A stretch of 32,000 nucleotides of DNA from Candidatus Woesearchaeota archaeon (GCA_016784105.1 JADHVG010000004.1:1-32000), one strand, 5' to 3'; counted from the stretch's first letter, positions 9,915 through 19,410 are shown. Program-made: numbers and translations. The notes: generated by a model from the letters alone, not told the origin.

Positions 9915-10531
9915 AACTTATTGCGCAAGGTTCAGAATCTAAACTTTATTTGGATGATAAAAAAATAGTAAAGAACCGTTTCAGGAAGAAATATAGGATT
10001 CCGGAAATAGATAACCCTCTCAGGGGATTTAGAACAAGAAGAGAAGCTAAAGTTCTTGAAAAACTAAAGGCTTTGAGGTTTCCCAGCCCTAGATTAATAA
10101 GGAATGATAAAAAAGAAAATCTGGAAATTGAACACATTAAGGGTAAGTTGGTCAAAGATATCTTAGACAGCAAAAATTGTTTAAAATTAGGAAAAGAGAT
10201 AGGTGAACTGTTGGCCATAATGCACAACAATAATCTGATTCATGGGGATCTAACAACCTCCAACATGATATCGAATAGGAAAGTTTATTTTATTGATTTT
10301 GGTCTTAGCTTTTTTTCACACAAGATAGAAGACATGGCAGTAGACATTCATCTCCTTAAAGAAGCCCTTGAATCAAAACATTCAGAAATTTGGAAGAACT
10401 GTTATGATTCCGTTTTGAAAGGCTACGAGAAAAAAATGGAGAAAGGAAAGGAGATACTGGAAAGGGTAAAGGTTGTTGAGAGCCGTGGAAGGTATAAGGG
10501 AAAAAATAAAATTAATAAGTTAAAAAAATAA
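9911..10531 (+). CDS. bud32: Bud32/PRPK-type atypical protein kinase (KEOPS subunit)
   Basis: IAQGSESKLY, KNRFRKKYRIPEIDNPLRGFRTRREAKVL, LIHGDLTTSNMI, YFIDFGLS, EDMAVDIHLL and ESRGRYKGK are the typical archaeal Bud32 motifs. A GAGG sits 5 nt upstream of the ATG. Confidence 0.85.
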   Translation: MKLIAQGSESKLYLDDKKIVKNRFRKKYRIPEIDNPLRGFRTRREAKVLEKLKALRFPSPRLIRNDKKENLEIEHIKGKLVKDILDSKNCLKLGKEIGELLAIMHNNNLIHGDLTTSNMISNRKVYFIDFGLSFFSHKIEDMAVDIHLLKEALESKHSEIWKNCYDSVLKGYEKKMEKGKEILERVKVVESRGRYKGKNKINKLKK

Positions 10532-10532
10532 A

Positions 10533-11243
10533 ATGGATTCATTTCTTATTGCTTTTTTGATAGGGGCTGCTTTTCTTACTTTGTACTGGGTTTTTTATGG
10601 TCAAAAAAAGCATAATGAGATGTTAAGCCCAAAAAGAAAGACAGAACTAAAAGCTGTCATTTTTGATTTTGATGGGGTTATTGCTGATTCTTTCGAGAGA
10701 CAATTTATCGTTTTCAAGGAACTATTCAAAAAATTCGGAAAAAAAGAATTAAGCAAAAAAGAATACACTGACAAGGTTTGGGGGAATTCTGTTAAGAAAA
10801 CATGTGATAAATATTTCAAAAATCATAGTTTCGAAGATATAACTAGGGAGTATGGGAAGATATCCAAAAAGCATGTTAAGGAAGTAAAGATAATAGGAAA
10901 TGCTCAAGAAGTTCTAAAGAAAATAAAGGAAAAAAAGTACAAGACGGCTTTGGTAAGTAATGCATTAAGGAATAGGTTGGTTAATGACACTAAGGCCTTG
11001 AAAGTGAATCAATATTTTGATGTGATGATAGCTGGAAATGACGTCGAAAGACAAAAACCGTATCCGGATCCAATCCTAAAGGCCTGTGAGCAACTAGAAG
11101 TTATGCATGACGAGATAATCTATGTCGGGGACACCAAGTATGATTATAAAGCCGCTAAGAGCATAGGGGCTTTCTTTGTCGGTATGAACATCAAAGGGGA
11201 TTTGATTATTTCTAAGATTGATGATATTCTTAAGCTGTTATAG
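10533..11243 (+). CDS. HAD-superfamily phosphatase with an N-terminal transmembrane helix
   Basis: HAD motif I is AVIFDFDGVIADS, followed by ALVSNA, then K...GDT.YD near the C-terminus. The N-terminal FLIAFLIGAAFLTLYWVFY is hydrophobic. Confidence 0.75.
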   Translation: MDSFLIAFLIGAAFLTLYWVFYGQKKHNEMLSPKRKTELKAVIFDFDGVIADSFERQFIVFKELFKKFGKKELSKKEYTDKVWGNSVKKTCDKYFKNHSFEDITREYGKISKKHVKEVKIIGNAQEVLKKIKEKKYKTALVSNALRNRLVNDTKALKVNQYFDVMIAGNDVERQKPYPDPILKACEQLEVMHDEIIYVGDTKYDYKAAKSIGAFFVGMNIKGDLIISKIDDILKLL

Positions 11244-11493
11244 TTATCAAAGAAAAATTTAAATATGTGTTGCGTTTTCTATGCTTCGATACACATGACA
11301 AGAGTTGGTTACATTCATTGTTCGTAAAAATATTTCTGATTTGATTAGTTTTAGTTCCGACGAAAAAAACACATTTTCTTATTTAATAACTTTAGGTAGT
11401 TCTACGTCTATACATCATCATTGTTGTTTCTAAAATTATTTGTTAAACATAAAAAAAATATAGCTGGCGAGCTTGGTACGTGGAGAAATCAAA

Positions 11494-12273
11494 ATGAGAA
11501 ATTATCAAAGTAGTGTTAGCCCTGAAGGCATCGTAGCTTATTTTCCCAAGGAGGATAAGGGAGGGTATCTGAGTAGGATTGGTTTAAGAAAAATTCGGAG
11601 GTTATTTCCCAGAACTAAAATAGTGAGTGTAGAAGAATCTGAGGAGAACATTTCTGGAGTGGTTGAATCTGAGATAGACAGTAATTACAAGGTCTTAGGG
11701 GTTTGCTCAGAACTACAAGTTGGAAGCAGTTTTTCTAGAAGAACTCCATTTAGGATGGATCTGAATCTGAAAGGCAACGGACCCTACGAATCAACAGTTT
11801 TTGGTTTGCCCACTGTTTGTTTGTTATCTAGGGATGGAAAAACGTTTGAAGAATACACTGGAAGCGGAGAGTATTTTCTGGATAGCAATCAAGTACCTTT
11901 AAGTAATGGAGACATAAATCAAAAACTTGAAGGAAAGGTTATAGGGATAGTTCCTCAGCTTAGGTCAAGAACAGATCTGTTAGGTTCTTTTGGAGAGGCT
12001 AGTGATATCCCTTATGAAGAAATCATAGATTTGAAAGAAAAACCTTATGGGACTGAAACTGTTTTTGTGGTAGACAAAGAACCTGCTAATAGGAATTTTC
12101 CAGTCAAGTCAGCAATACCTTATCCGGTTGAGGATATTGATGCAGTAGTTGATATCATCTTAGGAGAAGATAGGGTCAGAGACTCTGAATTTAAGGTGAG
12201 TGCAGTTATGCAAAGCATAGATGGGGTTTTGTTAGGGAACAGAAGGGCTATGATTGACTTTGTCAATAGATAA
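11494..12273 (+). CDS. hypothetical protein (259 aa from ATG 11494; the ORF track starts at TTG 11473)
   Basis: Long ORF with GGAG (11482-11485) 8 nt upstream of ATG 11494. No family recognised. Confidence 0.55.
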   Translation: MRNYQSSVSPEGIVAYFPKEDKGGYLSRIGLRKIRRLFPRTKIVSVEESEENISGVVESEIDSNYKVLGVCSELQVGSSFSRRTPFRMDLNLKGNGPYESTVFGLPTVCLLSRDGKTFEEYTGSGEYFLDSNQVPLSNGDINQKLEGKVIGIVPQLRSRTDLLGSFGEASDIPYEEIIDLKEKPYGTETVFVVDKEPANRNFPVKSAIPYPVEDIDAVVDIILGEDRVRDSEFKVSAVMQSIDGVLLGNRRAMIDFVNR

Positions 12274-12274
12274 C

Positions 12275-12285
12275 TATTTAAATTG
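12275..12285 (+). promoter_or_regulatory. TATA box of hisS
   Basis: ctatttaaatt ends 22 nt before ATG 12307. Confidence 0.45.
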
Positions 12286-12306
12286 TTTTTTTATTTTTTT
12301 AATAAA

Positions 12307-13587
12307 ATGAAACTACAACTTCCAAAGGGAACAAGGGATGTAGCTCAGGAAGCAGCTATAGCAAGAAGCAAGATAGTTTCAACTCTGAAGGATGTTTTTG
12401 AATTGTATGGGTTTTCCCCTTTAGAAACTCCCTTATTTGAGAGGTATGAGGTTCTCGCTTCTAAGTACGCTGGAGGAGCTGAAATCCTTAAGGAATCTTT
12501 CAAGTTTAAGGATCAGGGAAAAAGAGAGTTAGGATTGAGGTATGATCTTACGGTTCCTATGTGCAGATACATTGCCATGAATCCTCAGATGAAGCTTCCA
12601 TTTAAGAGATATGCTATCGGGGAGGTTTTCCGGGATGGCCCGGTAGAAAAAGCACGTTATAGGCAGTTTACTCAGTGTGATGTGGATGTTGTTGGAAACA
12701 GCAGCATGAATGCTGATGCAGAAATCATCACTTTAGTTTCAAGAGCTTTTAAAAAACTAAATCTTGATGCAGTAATCAAATTTAATAATCGGAATCTGCT
12801 TAATGAACTATTGGAAGACGCAGGAGTAAATAAAGACAAAACAGAAACAGCAATCTTATCTATTGACAAATTAGAAAAGTTCGGTATAGATTATGTCAAG
12901 AAAGAATTAAAAGACAAAAAAGTAAGCGAAGAAGAAATAAAAAGTATTGAAAAAATAATCAAGATTAAAGGAACAAATATCAAAAAGATAAATGAAATAA
13001 AAAAATTGGTTCCTGGTTCTGAAGGTATCAAAGAAATCGAGGAACTTATTTCTATATTAAAATCTTTAAAGATAATTGCAGAATTTGATATCTCTCTGGC
13101 GAGGGGTTTGTCTTATTATACTGGGACTGTGGTGGAAGTTTTCTTAAAGAATAGTTCTGTTAAGAGTGCGGTATGTGCTGGAGGAAGGTATGATAACATC
13201 ATTGGTTCTTTTATTGGCCGGGGAAATTTTCCAGCTGTAGGGATCTCTTTTGGTCTGGACAGGATTTATGATGCTTACATGGAAAAAAATAAGGATAATA
13301 AAAAAACAACTGCTAAAGTTTACATTGTCCCGATTAACACTTTGGAAGATTCTGTTAGGATAGCTGAAGAATTAAGAAATGAAAAAGTTTCGGTGGATAT
13401 TGACCTTGCAGGAAGGGGTCCTTCCAAGAATCTCAAGTACGCTAATAGTTTAGGAATTCCTTATGTTCTTTTTGTGGGTGAAGAAGAATTAAAACAAGGA
13501 AAAGTTAAGCTTAAGGACATGAATTCTGGGGAAGAAAAGTCTTTAACAGCAGAAGAATTAGTTGTTTTCTTGCAGGAGAACGATTAA
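12307..13587 (+). CDS. hisS: histidine--tRNA ligase
   Basis: MKLQLPKGTRD, LRYDLTVP, KRYAIGEVFR, QFTQCDVDV, GGRYDN and GISFGLDRI are class II HisRS motifs. The start is moved to ATG 12307 because a TATA box (12275-12285) ends 22 nt upstream of it. Confidence 0.9.
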   Translation: MKLQLPKGTRDVAQEAAIARSKIVSTLKDVFELYGFSPLETPLFERYEVLASKYAGGAEILKESFKFKDQGKRELGLRYDLTVPMCRYIAMNPQMKLPFKRYAIGEVFRDGPVEKARYRQFTQCDVDVVGNSSMNADAEIITLVSRAFKKLNLDAVIKFNNRNLLNELLEDAGVNKDKTETAILSIDKLEKFGIDYVKKELKDKKVSEEEIKSIEKIIKIKGTNIKKINEIKKLVPGSEGIKEIEELISILKSLKIIAEFDISLARGLSYYTGTVVEVFLKNSSVKSAVCAGGRYDNIIGSFIGRGNFPAVGISFGLDRIYDAYMEKNKDNKKTTAKVYIVPINTLEDSVRIAEELRNEKVSVDIDLAGRGPSKNLKYANSLGIPYVLFVGEEELKQGKVKLKDMNSGEEKSLTAEELVVFLQEND

Positions 13588-13618
13588 ATTTAAAATACGG
13601 TTATGTTTTCTTAGTAGG

Positions 13619-13984
13619 ATGATTAAATCTGAAGCAACACCTGCCAATACCGCTTTCCAGTATGTTGGACTGATATATCCTTATGAGAACTGGAATTTTG
13701 CGGTCAGGGCAGCATCAGATTTGGGAATGCGAAAAGCATTGAAAATAGATTCTAGGGGTGTAAGTTTAATAACAGTTAAACCCCCATTCCTAAAACAAAA
13801 AAAATGGAAGCTTGATGATTTGGAAGATGCTTTAGGAGAATATCAATCTGAGAGGTTCTCGCATTTTTATCAAAATGGTTTGGCTATTGGTGCTTTTTTA
13901 TGTTTAAATGAGCAGGAAAACTTCCTTAGAAAGTCAATAGAATTAAAAGTTTTACCAGAAAATACTGAAATTAGATACTTATGA
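13619..13984 (+). CDS. hypothetical protein (121 aa)
   Basis: ORF with a TATA-like attaaatttaaaat (13584-13597) ending 22 nt upstream of ATG 13619. The longer track ORF from 13562 overlaps hisS and is unlikely. No family recognised. Confidence 0.45.
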   Translation: MIKSEATPANTAFQYVGLIYPYENWNFAVRAASDLGMRKALKIDSRGVSLITVKPPFLKQKKWKLDDLEDALGEYQSERFSHFYQNGLAIGAFLCLNEQENFLRKSIELKVLPENTEIRYL

Positions 13985-14869
13985 TTTTGTTGTCACAATA
14001 ACTTCTCCTTCATCACTTATGAGGATTGTGTGTTCTGCCTGACTTACCATTCCTTTATTTTTATCGGCAAGAGGGGGATGTGAGTGTAACATGTCTAGCT
14101 GTTCCAGTTCTCTTAATGCAAGTTTTGCTTTCATACCGAATTTTTTGGTTAACCATCTGGTGCAGAACGGAAGGCCTTCATAACTAGCAATATGCTTTAA
14201 AACTTGTCTGGTTATGATATTTCGGACTGGCTTTATTTCTCTTAATTCAAAGACCGTTGCATTTCCAGAATCTTGTACAACTCCTGCACCATTGCTGGCA
14301 AACGGTTCTATTGCAAAGTGCATCCCTTTTTCTATTTTGGTATCATCTTGGTTGTTGAAGTTTGGAAAGCTGGGTTTTGTGTGTATTTTGTAGTGTCCAA
14401 GGCCGTGCCCGGATAAGTTTCTTACTGGAGCAAAATCATGTTTTTGTATGGCTTCTTGGATACTATTCCCAATTTCCCCTAAAGTAGCTCCAACCTTAAC
14501 AACATTAAGAGCTGCTTCCAGAGCTTCTTTTGATGCATTTACTAACTCAGAATAGTTTCCAGATAAGTCTACTGTAACGGCAGTATCTCCGATATATCCA
14601 TCCACGTGACATCCCACATCTAGGCTAACAAGTTCATCAGAAAACTTAAAAGGATCATTTTCTTCTGGACAGTAATGTGCTGCTATGCTATTGCAAGATA
14701 TCTGTGCTGGAAATGCAGGTTTTGCTCCTAGTTCAAAGATTTTTTCTTCTACTTTGTCAAGAACTTCAACCATCAAAGCATCCTTTTTTATCAGAGAAGC
14801 TCCATATTCTCGAACTTGCGCAGTTATCTTTCCTGCTAGTTTTATTTTCTCAATTGCTTCTTTATCCAT
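13979..14869 (-). CDS. map: methionine aminopeptidase, type 2 (archaeal/eukaryotic)
   Basis: The length (296 aa) and motifs PAFPAQISCNSIAAHY, DVGCHVDGYIGD, SGHGLGHY, AIEPF and SQAEHT fit archaeal MetAP2. Confidence 0.9.
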   Translation of the reverse strand: MDKEAIEKIKLAGKITAQVREYGASLIKKDALMVEVLDKVEEKIFELGAKPAFPAQISCNSIAAHYCPEENDPFKFSDELVSLDVGCHVDGYIGDTAVTVDLSGNYSELVNASKEALEAALNVVKVGATLGEIGNSIQEAIQKHDFAPVRNLSGHGLGHYKIHTKPSFPNFNNQDDTKIEKGMHFAIEPFASNGAGVVQDSGNATVFELREIKPVRNIITRQVLKHIASYEGLPFCTRWLTKKFGMKAKLALRELEQLDMLHSHPPLADKNKGMVSQAEHTILISDEGEVIVTTKS

Positions 14870-14981
14870 GAAGAAAAAGATTCGGAATCACTTTATAATC
14901 TTAACGATTGTAGCTTAAGGATAATTGCCAAATCTCTGGAATCAATCTATACCTTACTTTCTTAGCATATTTTTTAGGTAC

Positions 14982-15323
14982 TTATTTCTGCAACTCTTTT
15001 TTCATATCTTCATACTGTTTCTTCGTAATTTCTCCTTTTGCATATCTGTTTTTTAAAATTTTTAAAGCATCATCACCTTTTGAATGCTCGTGACTTTCAT
15101 GGCCCATGCCACACATACCGCCATGCTTTCTGCTCATCATAAAAAACATCATTATTATGAAAATAATAATAATTCCTGGGAAAAACATCATACTGCCACC
15201 CCAAAAACCAATAGGCCCAAAGGTTCCATAATCGTCTCTTTGTCCCATAAAACCAAATCCTATAAAGAACACGAACATTACGGCAACCACCATCATAAAC
15301 GGCCACATATTACGACTTCTCAT
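14982..15323 (-). CDS. Met/Phe-rich membrane protein with a His/Cys/Met cluster and C-terminal SHOCT domain
   Basis: There are two hydrophobic segments, then HGGMCGMGHESHEHS. The C-terminal ALKILKNRYAKGEITKKQYEDMKKEL matches the SHOCT short oligomerisation motif. Confidence 0.6.
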   Translation of the reverse strand: MRSRNMWPFMMVVAVMFVFFIGFGFMGQRDDYGTFGPIGFWGGSMMFFPGIIIIFIIMMFFMMSRKHGGMCGMGHESHEHSKGDDALKILKNRYAKGEITKKQYEDMKKELQK

Positions 15324-15408
15324 GTTATGTTAGTATAGTAAAATAAATATATAAATTAGAAACTTACCAAATAGATAGTTATAAAAATTATTGAAAAAAA
15401 ATAAAAAA

Positions 15409-15684
15409 TTATTTCATGTCGACTTTATCTTTTTCCTTTCCAAAATCGTCAAAAGGAAATGGTCTTTTGTTTGTGGCAAAGGTCATATATCTTAGAAAGT
15501 TGTATACGTAAGTAACCCATTTATTGCAGAATTCTGCCATGCCTTTATTTCTTTTTCCGGTAACTATTGCATAAACCCAGTGTACTATAACCACAACTTG
15601 TATCACAACTTTCCATAATCCTAAAATTATCCCGCATATTAATCCTATCGGAATCCTTAATATTGCTTCTAACCTATCTTCCAT
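15409..15684 (-). CDS. DUF4389-like small membrane protein
   Basis: RIPIGLICGIILG...WVYAIVTGKR...FCNKWVTYVYNFLRYMTF...RPFPFDDF resembles the DUF4389 pattern. The start is assigned to ATG 15684 because GAGGTG lies 6 nt upstream of it. The ORF track begins at GTG 15693. Confidence 0.55.
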   Translation of the reverse strand: MEDRLEAILRIPIGLICGIILGLWKVVIQVVVIVHWVYAIVTGKRNKGMAEFCNKWVTYVYNFLRYMTFATNKRPFPFDDFGKEKDKVDMK

Positions 15685-15732
15685 GTGCATCACCTCACTT
15701 TTTATTGTTTTTTAAGTTTAAATTTTTTGTGG

Positions 15733-16026
15733 TCATTGTTTAACATATCTATCTAGACTTCCAAAATCCAGATAATGTCTTTCTGGAATGGTATCGTCAA
15801 TTATTACTCTTTCTGGATTCCATGAAGGGTGAGCTTCAAGAAGTTTAGATACTTTTTGCACAAGTCCTGAAGCATTCGGCATTTCAACCCATTTGGTAGG
15901 GTCTCCATCATTTCCTGTTAAGGGAGTCGAAAATTCTGCTTTGAAATATCTGCTGTGAGAATTGTGAGGTCTGTCTTTAAGAGGGCCATAAACAGGATTC
16001 ACCGAAATAGTTATGTTTCCACCCAT
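15733..16026 (-). CDS. hypothetical protein (97 aa)
   Basis: ATG 16026 lies 1 nt after the signal peptidase stop codon, which indicates tight coupling. The track start at 16044 is a TTG. No family recognised. Confidence 0.45.
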   Translation of the reverse strand: MGGNITISVNPVYGPLKDRPHNSHSRYFKAEFSTPLTGNDGDPTKWVEMPNASGLVQKVSKLLEAHPSWNPERVIIDDTIPERHYLDFGSLDRYVKQ

Positions 16027-16027
16027 T

Positions 16028-16699
16028 TTAATACAATATTCCAACTACAACTCCCTCTACCTGAGAAATTCTTACTTTCTCTGGATCTTCTTTGTAGTAA
16101 TTGTCTCCTTTTGTTATATAATATTCTCCTAGTTCATCCTCTCCGATGTCAATAATTCTATGAATGAATACTTCTCCATCGAGATTGTAAGAGATTATGT
16201 CTCCTTTTTGTATTTCAGCATTTTCCGGATTTATTTCTATTATTGTTGAACCAAAATCAAGTAAAGGGTCCATGGAGTTGCTTTCTTTCAAGAAGCGCCA
16301 TCTTGCATTTTTCACATTAAACTTAACATCAAAAGAACTTAACCGTATATCGTTATTATTTATTCTGTCTGCTGGAGATTTTTTTTCCTGACCATAAAGT
16401 TTCTCGGGAGTTATACATTCAGCTTCCTTCTCAACAAACTCTGTTATGTAGACTTTATCCTTAACTGTGAATCCTGTTGGACCGGGAACTTTATATCTTT
16501 CTCCATTACATTGAACATAAGTTTTTTCAGTACATGTTTCATTATCAAAAGAATTCACACAATTTTCTTCCTTAAAAACTTCAAAACTGTCCTGTAAAGA
16601 GATTTCTTCAATAGGTTCTTCATTATTACTTACGAACAGTCCTAAACTGATCAATAAGATAATCGAAACAAAAAGAAAAGTTGATTTAAGCAAACTCAT
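16028..16699 (-). CDS. signal peptidase I, Sec11/archaeal type, with a long Cys-containing insert after the membrane anchor
   Basis: The protein has an N-terminal TM anchor, a catalytic-Ser box SNSMDPLL, GDIISY, a His box FIHRII (His rather than Lys, so ER/archaeal type) and TKGDNYYKED. Confidence 0.65.
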   Translation of the reverse strand: MSLLKSTFLFVSIILLISLGLFVSNNEEPIEEISLQDSFEVFKEENCVNSFDNETCTEKTYVQCNGERYKVPGPTGFTVKDKVYITEFVEKEAECITPEKLYGQEKKSPADRINNNDIRLSSFDVKFNVKNARWRFLKESNSMDPLLDFGSTIIEINPENAEIQKGDIISYNLDGEVFIHRIIDIGEDELGEYYITKGDNYYKEDPEKVRISQVEGVVVGILY

Positions 16700-16779
16700 C
16701 TAAAAAAAAGTGGAAAATTCTTTTATAAATATTATTAATTTTTTTACAGAAGAAACCACTAGGTAAAGACAAAATTTTG

Positions 16780-18675
16780 TTATTTTATCCTTACACATTC
16801 CAAGTTCCTTGGAGCTAAAGTTTCCATCCTGAATCCTTTATGGATTGCGGAAGCAACATCCAAGCACCTGGAGCTTTCTCCATGATTCAAGATAACTTTT
16901 TTCGGTCTTGGATCACAATTCTTGACAAAATTAAGCAATTGCGGCCTGCTACTATGTCCAGAAAATCCTTCTACTGTATGAAGTTCTAGTTTTATTTGTA
17001 CGTCTTCGGTGCTAGATGTTCCGGTTTTAACTGCGTATTGCCTTTCTCCCCTTTGAATACGTCTACCTAAACTTCCTTCTCCCTGATAATTCACAAACAC
17101 CATCGAATTTTTTGGATTATCTGCAAAATGTCTCAAATATTCCACGGATGGACCTCCTTGCAGCATTCCAGAAGTTGCTAAAACAACACATGGTTCTCCT
17201 TCCTGGATTATTTGCATTCTTTCTTTTTGGCTTCCTACTCTTCTGAAGATATCTGAAAGGAAGGGGTTTTGGTCTTTGTGAAAAATTTGTTTACGAATAG
17301 TACTGTTAAGGAATTCGGGGTACGCAGTGTGTATAGCGGTAACGTCCCATATCAATCCATCGATGTACACTGGAATTTTATCCATTTTTCCTGCAGCCAC
17401 AAGCTGTTCTATTGCTATCATTATTTCTTGGCTTCTTCCCACTCCTAATGTTGGAACTAATACTTTTCCACCACGCTTTATGGTTTTCATGACTACATCT
17501 TTGAAATCTTCATCACTTCTTTGTCTGTCTGGCATGTTATTCTCTTTTCCACCATAAGTAGCTTCCAAAAGTAAAGTTTCTAAGCGTGGAAAGTTTGTAA
17601 CAGCAGGATCCAATAGTAATGTTTTTCCGTATTTTTGATCCGCAGTGTATAGTATGTTGTGAAGACCATTACCTACATGCAGGTGCACCATCGCACTTCC
17701 AAGTATGTGGCCTGCATTGTAGAAAGTAACTCGAACATCAGGGGTCACATCAAAAACTTCTTCAAACTCAGTTGTTATGGTGTGCTTGACCATCTCCTTT
17801 ACGTCATCTGTGGTGAAGATAGGTTCGTTCCCTTCTGATCTTTGGATTTTTACAAAATCAAGAAGCATTAATGACATGACGTCTCTTGTTGGTTCGGTAC
17901 AGTAAACAGGACCCCTATATCCATATTTGAAAAGGTATGGCAAAAATCCGGTGTGATCTACGTGAGCGTGACTTATGATAACTGCATCCAGATCTTGTAT
18001 GTTGAATTCTGGAGCTTCAAGATATGGATAAGGATGTTTGTCCGATGCGACATCCACTCCACAATCCAAAAGAACTCTGCTTTCAGGAGTTTGTAATAGC
18101 AAACAGCTCCTTCCAACTTGTCTTCCGCTTCCAAGATAGGATATCCTGATCCATTCTTCTTTTTTTTCACGGATCCAACCATCATATATTCTATGGCCTA
18201 CTTTGTCAAGAAATTTTCTTCGATAATCAGAATTTTGATATAGGACTGCACGGATATTTTCGATAAGTTTGGACCTTATTGCTGGCTTTCTATGGATTAA
18301 TGGAACCCAAAATGTTTTTGTTCTTATTTCTCTCAGTAAAGATCCTTGTTTGCCTATTGCCAAACCTGGTTTTTCAGCTTCAATTATTACCCTACTTCTT
18401 TGGGGATCAAATATTATTTGGTCAACTCCTGCGTCTTCCGGAATTATTTTTCTTATTTCTTTTTCTGCTTCTTCTTGATCCAGAGTTATGCTGGGGTCCG
18501 GTCTTAATTCTACTCTCTTTTTGATGCTATCCACTATTTGTTTGATTATTCCGTTATTGTTAAGGAAAAAATCTTTATCTTTAGTGTACAATACGATGTT
18601 AGCAGCTTCAAAATTAGCTTCGCTTATTTTGCTAGGAGAAATGTGCTTCATTATTTCTTTTATTATGTCTGCCAT
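16780..18675 (-). CDS. KH-domain beta-CASP metallo-beta-lactamase ribonuclease aCPSF1 (archaeal transcription termination factor type)
   Basis: 631 aa with N-terminal KH repeats (VELRPDPS, GLAIGKQG), a metallo-beta-lactamase motif ISHAHVDHTG, and beta-CASP and C-terminal HGE motifs. Confidence 0.9.
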   Translation of the reverse strand: MADIIKEIMKHISPSKISEANFEAANIVLYTKDKDFFLNNNGIIKQIVDSIKKRVELRPDPSITLDQEEAEKEIRKIIPEDAGVDQIIFDPQRSRVIIEAEKPGLAIGKQGSLLREIRTKTFWVPLIHRKPAIRSKLIENIRAVLYQNSDYRRKFLDKVGHRIYDGWIREKKEEWIRISYLGSGRQVGRSCLLLQTPESRVLLDCGVDVASDKHPYPYLEAPEFNIQDLDAVIISHAHVDHTGFLPYLFKYGYRGPVYCTEPTRDVMSLMLLDFVKIQRSEGNEPIFTTDDVKEMVKHTITTEFEEVFDVTPDVRVTFYNAGHILGSAMVHLHVGNGLHNILYTADQKYGKTLLLDPAVTNFPRLETLLLEATYGGKENNMPDRQRSDEDFKDVVMKTIKRGGKVLVPTLGVGRSQEIMIAIEQLVAAGKMDKIPVYIDGLIWDVTAIHTAYPEFLNSTIRKQIFHKDQNPFLSDIFRRVGSQKERMQIIQEGEPCVVLATSGMLQGGPSVEYLRHFADNPKNSMVFVNYQGEGSLGRRIQRGERQYAVKTGTSSTEDVQIKLELHTVEGFSGHSSRPQLLNFVKNCDPRPKKVILNHGESSRCLDVASAIHKGFRMETLAPRNLECVRIK

Positions 18676-18765
18676 TTTAGTTAGAAGTTTATCAGTAATC
18701 CTTTATTATGTCCGCATATTTTTTTTAATAAAAAGTTATTAAGATTTAATATTATCAGAAAACAC

Positions 18766-19410
18766 TTATAATTCTATAGCAGTGTTTACCACTCTAGTCA
18801 TTACTTTCTTAACTCCGTCCTTGGTGATTGTAACCACATCCAGTCCGTTACCAGAAGCAATGTCTCTTTGCAAAGCCGCATTTACTGCTTTTGCGACAAG
18901 TTTTACTCCTTCTTCAACACTCATGCCTTCTTTGTATAAAGTTTCCAAGACACCATAAGCCATTACGCTTCCTGACCCTGAACTAACAAAATCATCTATT
19001 TCTGCTATGCTTCCGTCAGGTCCGATATCGTAAAGGAATAATCCGGAATTGTCTTTTCCTCCAAGAATGAAGTGACAGATTCCTGGAATGACACTGAATT
19101 TTCTTATATTGCCATAAACCATCATGGCTAGTAAGTTTGCTGCTTCTTTTACTGTGTTGTTCCTGCTGGTTCTTATTTCTTTTAGCTTTAGCTCCGATTT
19201 TATGTACTTTACAAGTAATTGAACATCTGATACTGTTCCTGCTACCGTTACCGCAAGATCATCAGTTACTTTCATAACTTTGTCAAACTTTTTGTTTGCT
19301 ATTAGATATCCAGAAGTTGCTCTCTTGTCTGCTCCAAGAACAAGACCGTCCTTGCACACGATAGCTACCGTTGTAGTACCTGTTTTCATAAAATTTTTGT
19401 CATCAACCAT
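18766..19410 (-). CDS. psmB: proteasome subunit beta
   Basis: A GTTTVAIVCKDGLVLGADKRAT active-site Thr context is followed by an Ntn-hydrolase fold. The track start at 19473 is improbable. ATG 19410 (MVDDKNF) or ATG 19389 (MKTG, with a TATA ending 22 nt upstream) are the candidates. Confidence 0.88.
   Translation of the reverse strand: MVDDKNFMKTGTTTVAIVCKDGLVLGADKRATSGYLIANKKFDKVMKVTDDLAVTVAGTVSDVQLLVKYIKSELKLKEIRTSRNNTVKEAANLLAMMVYGNIRKFSVIPGICHFILGGKDNSGLFLYDIGPDGSIAEIDDFVSSGSGSVMAYGVLETLYKEGMSVEEGVKLVAKAVNAALQRDIASGNGLDVVTITKDGVKKVMTRVVNTAIEL

Noticed and set aside
11413-11423. A C-box-like AATGATGATG occurs on the minus strand inside the long spacer, raising the possibility of a C/D box sRNA.
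   Set aside because: There is no CUGA D or D' box within 70 nt downstream on that strand, and no terminal stem.
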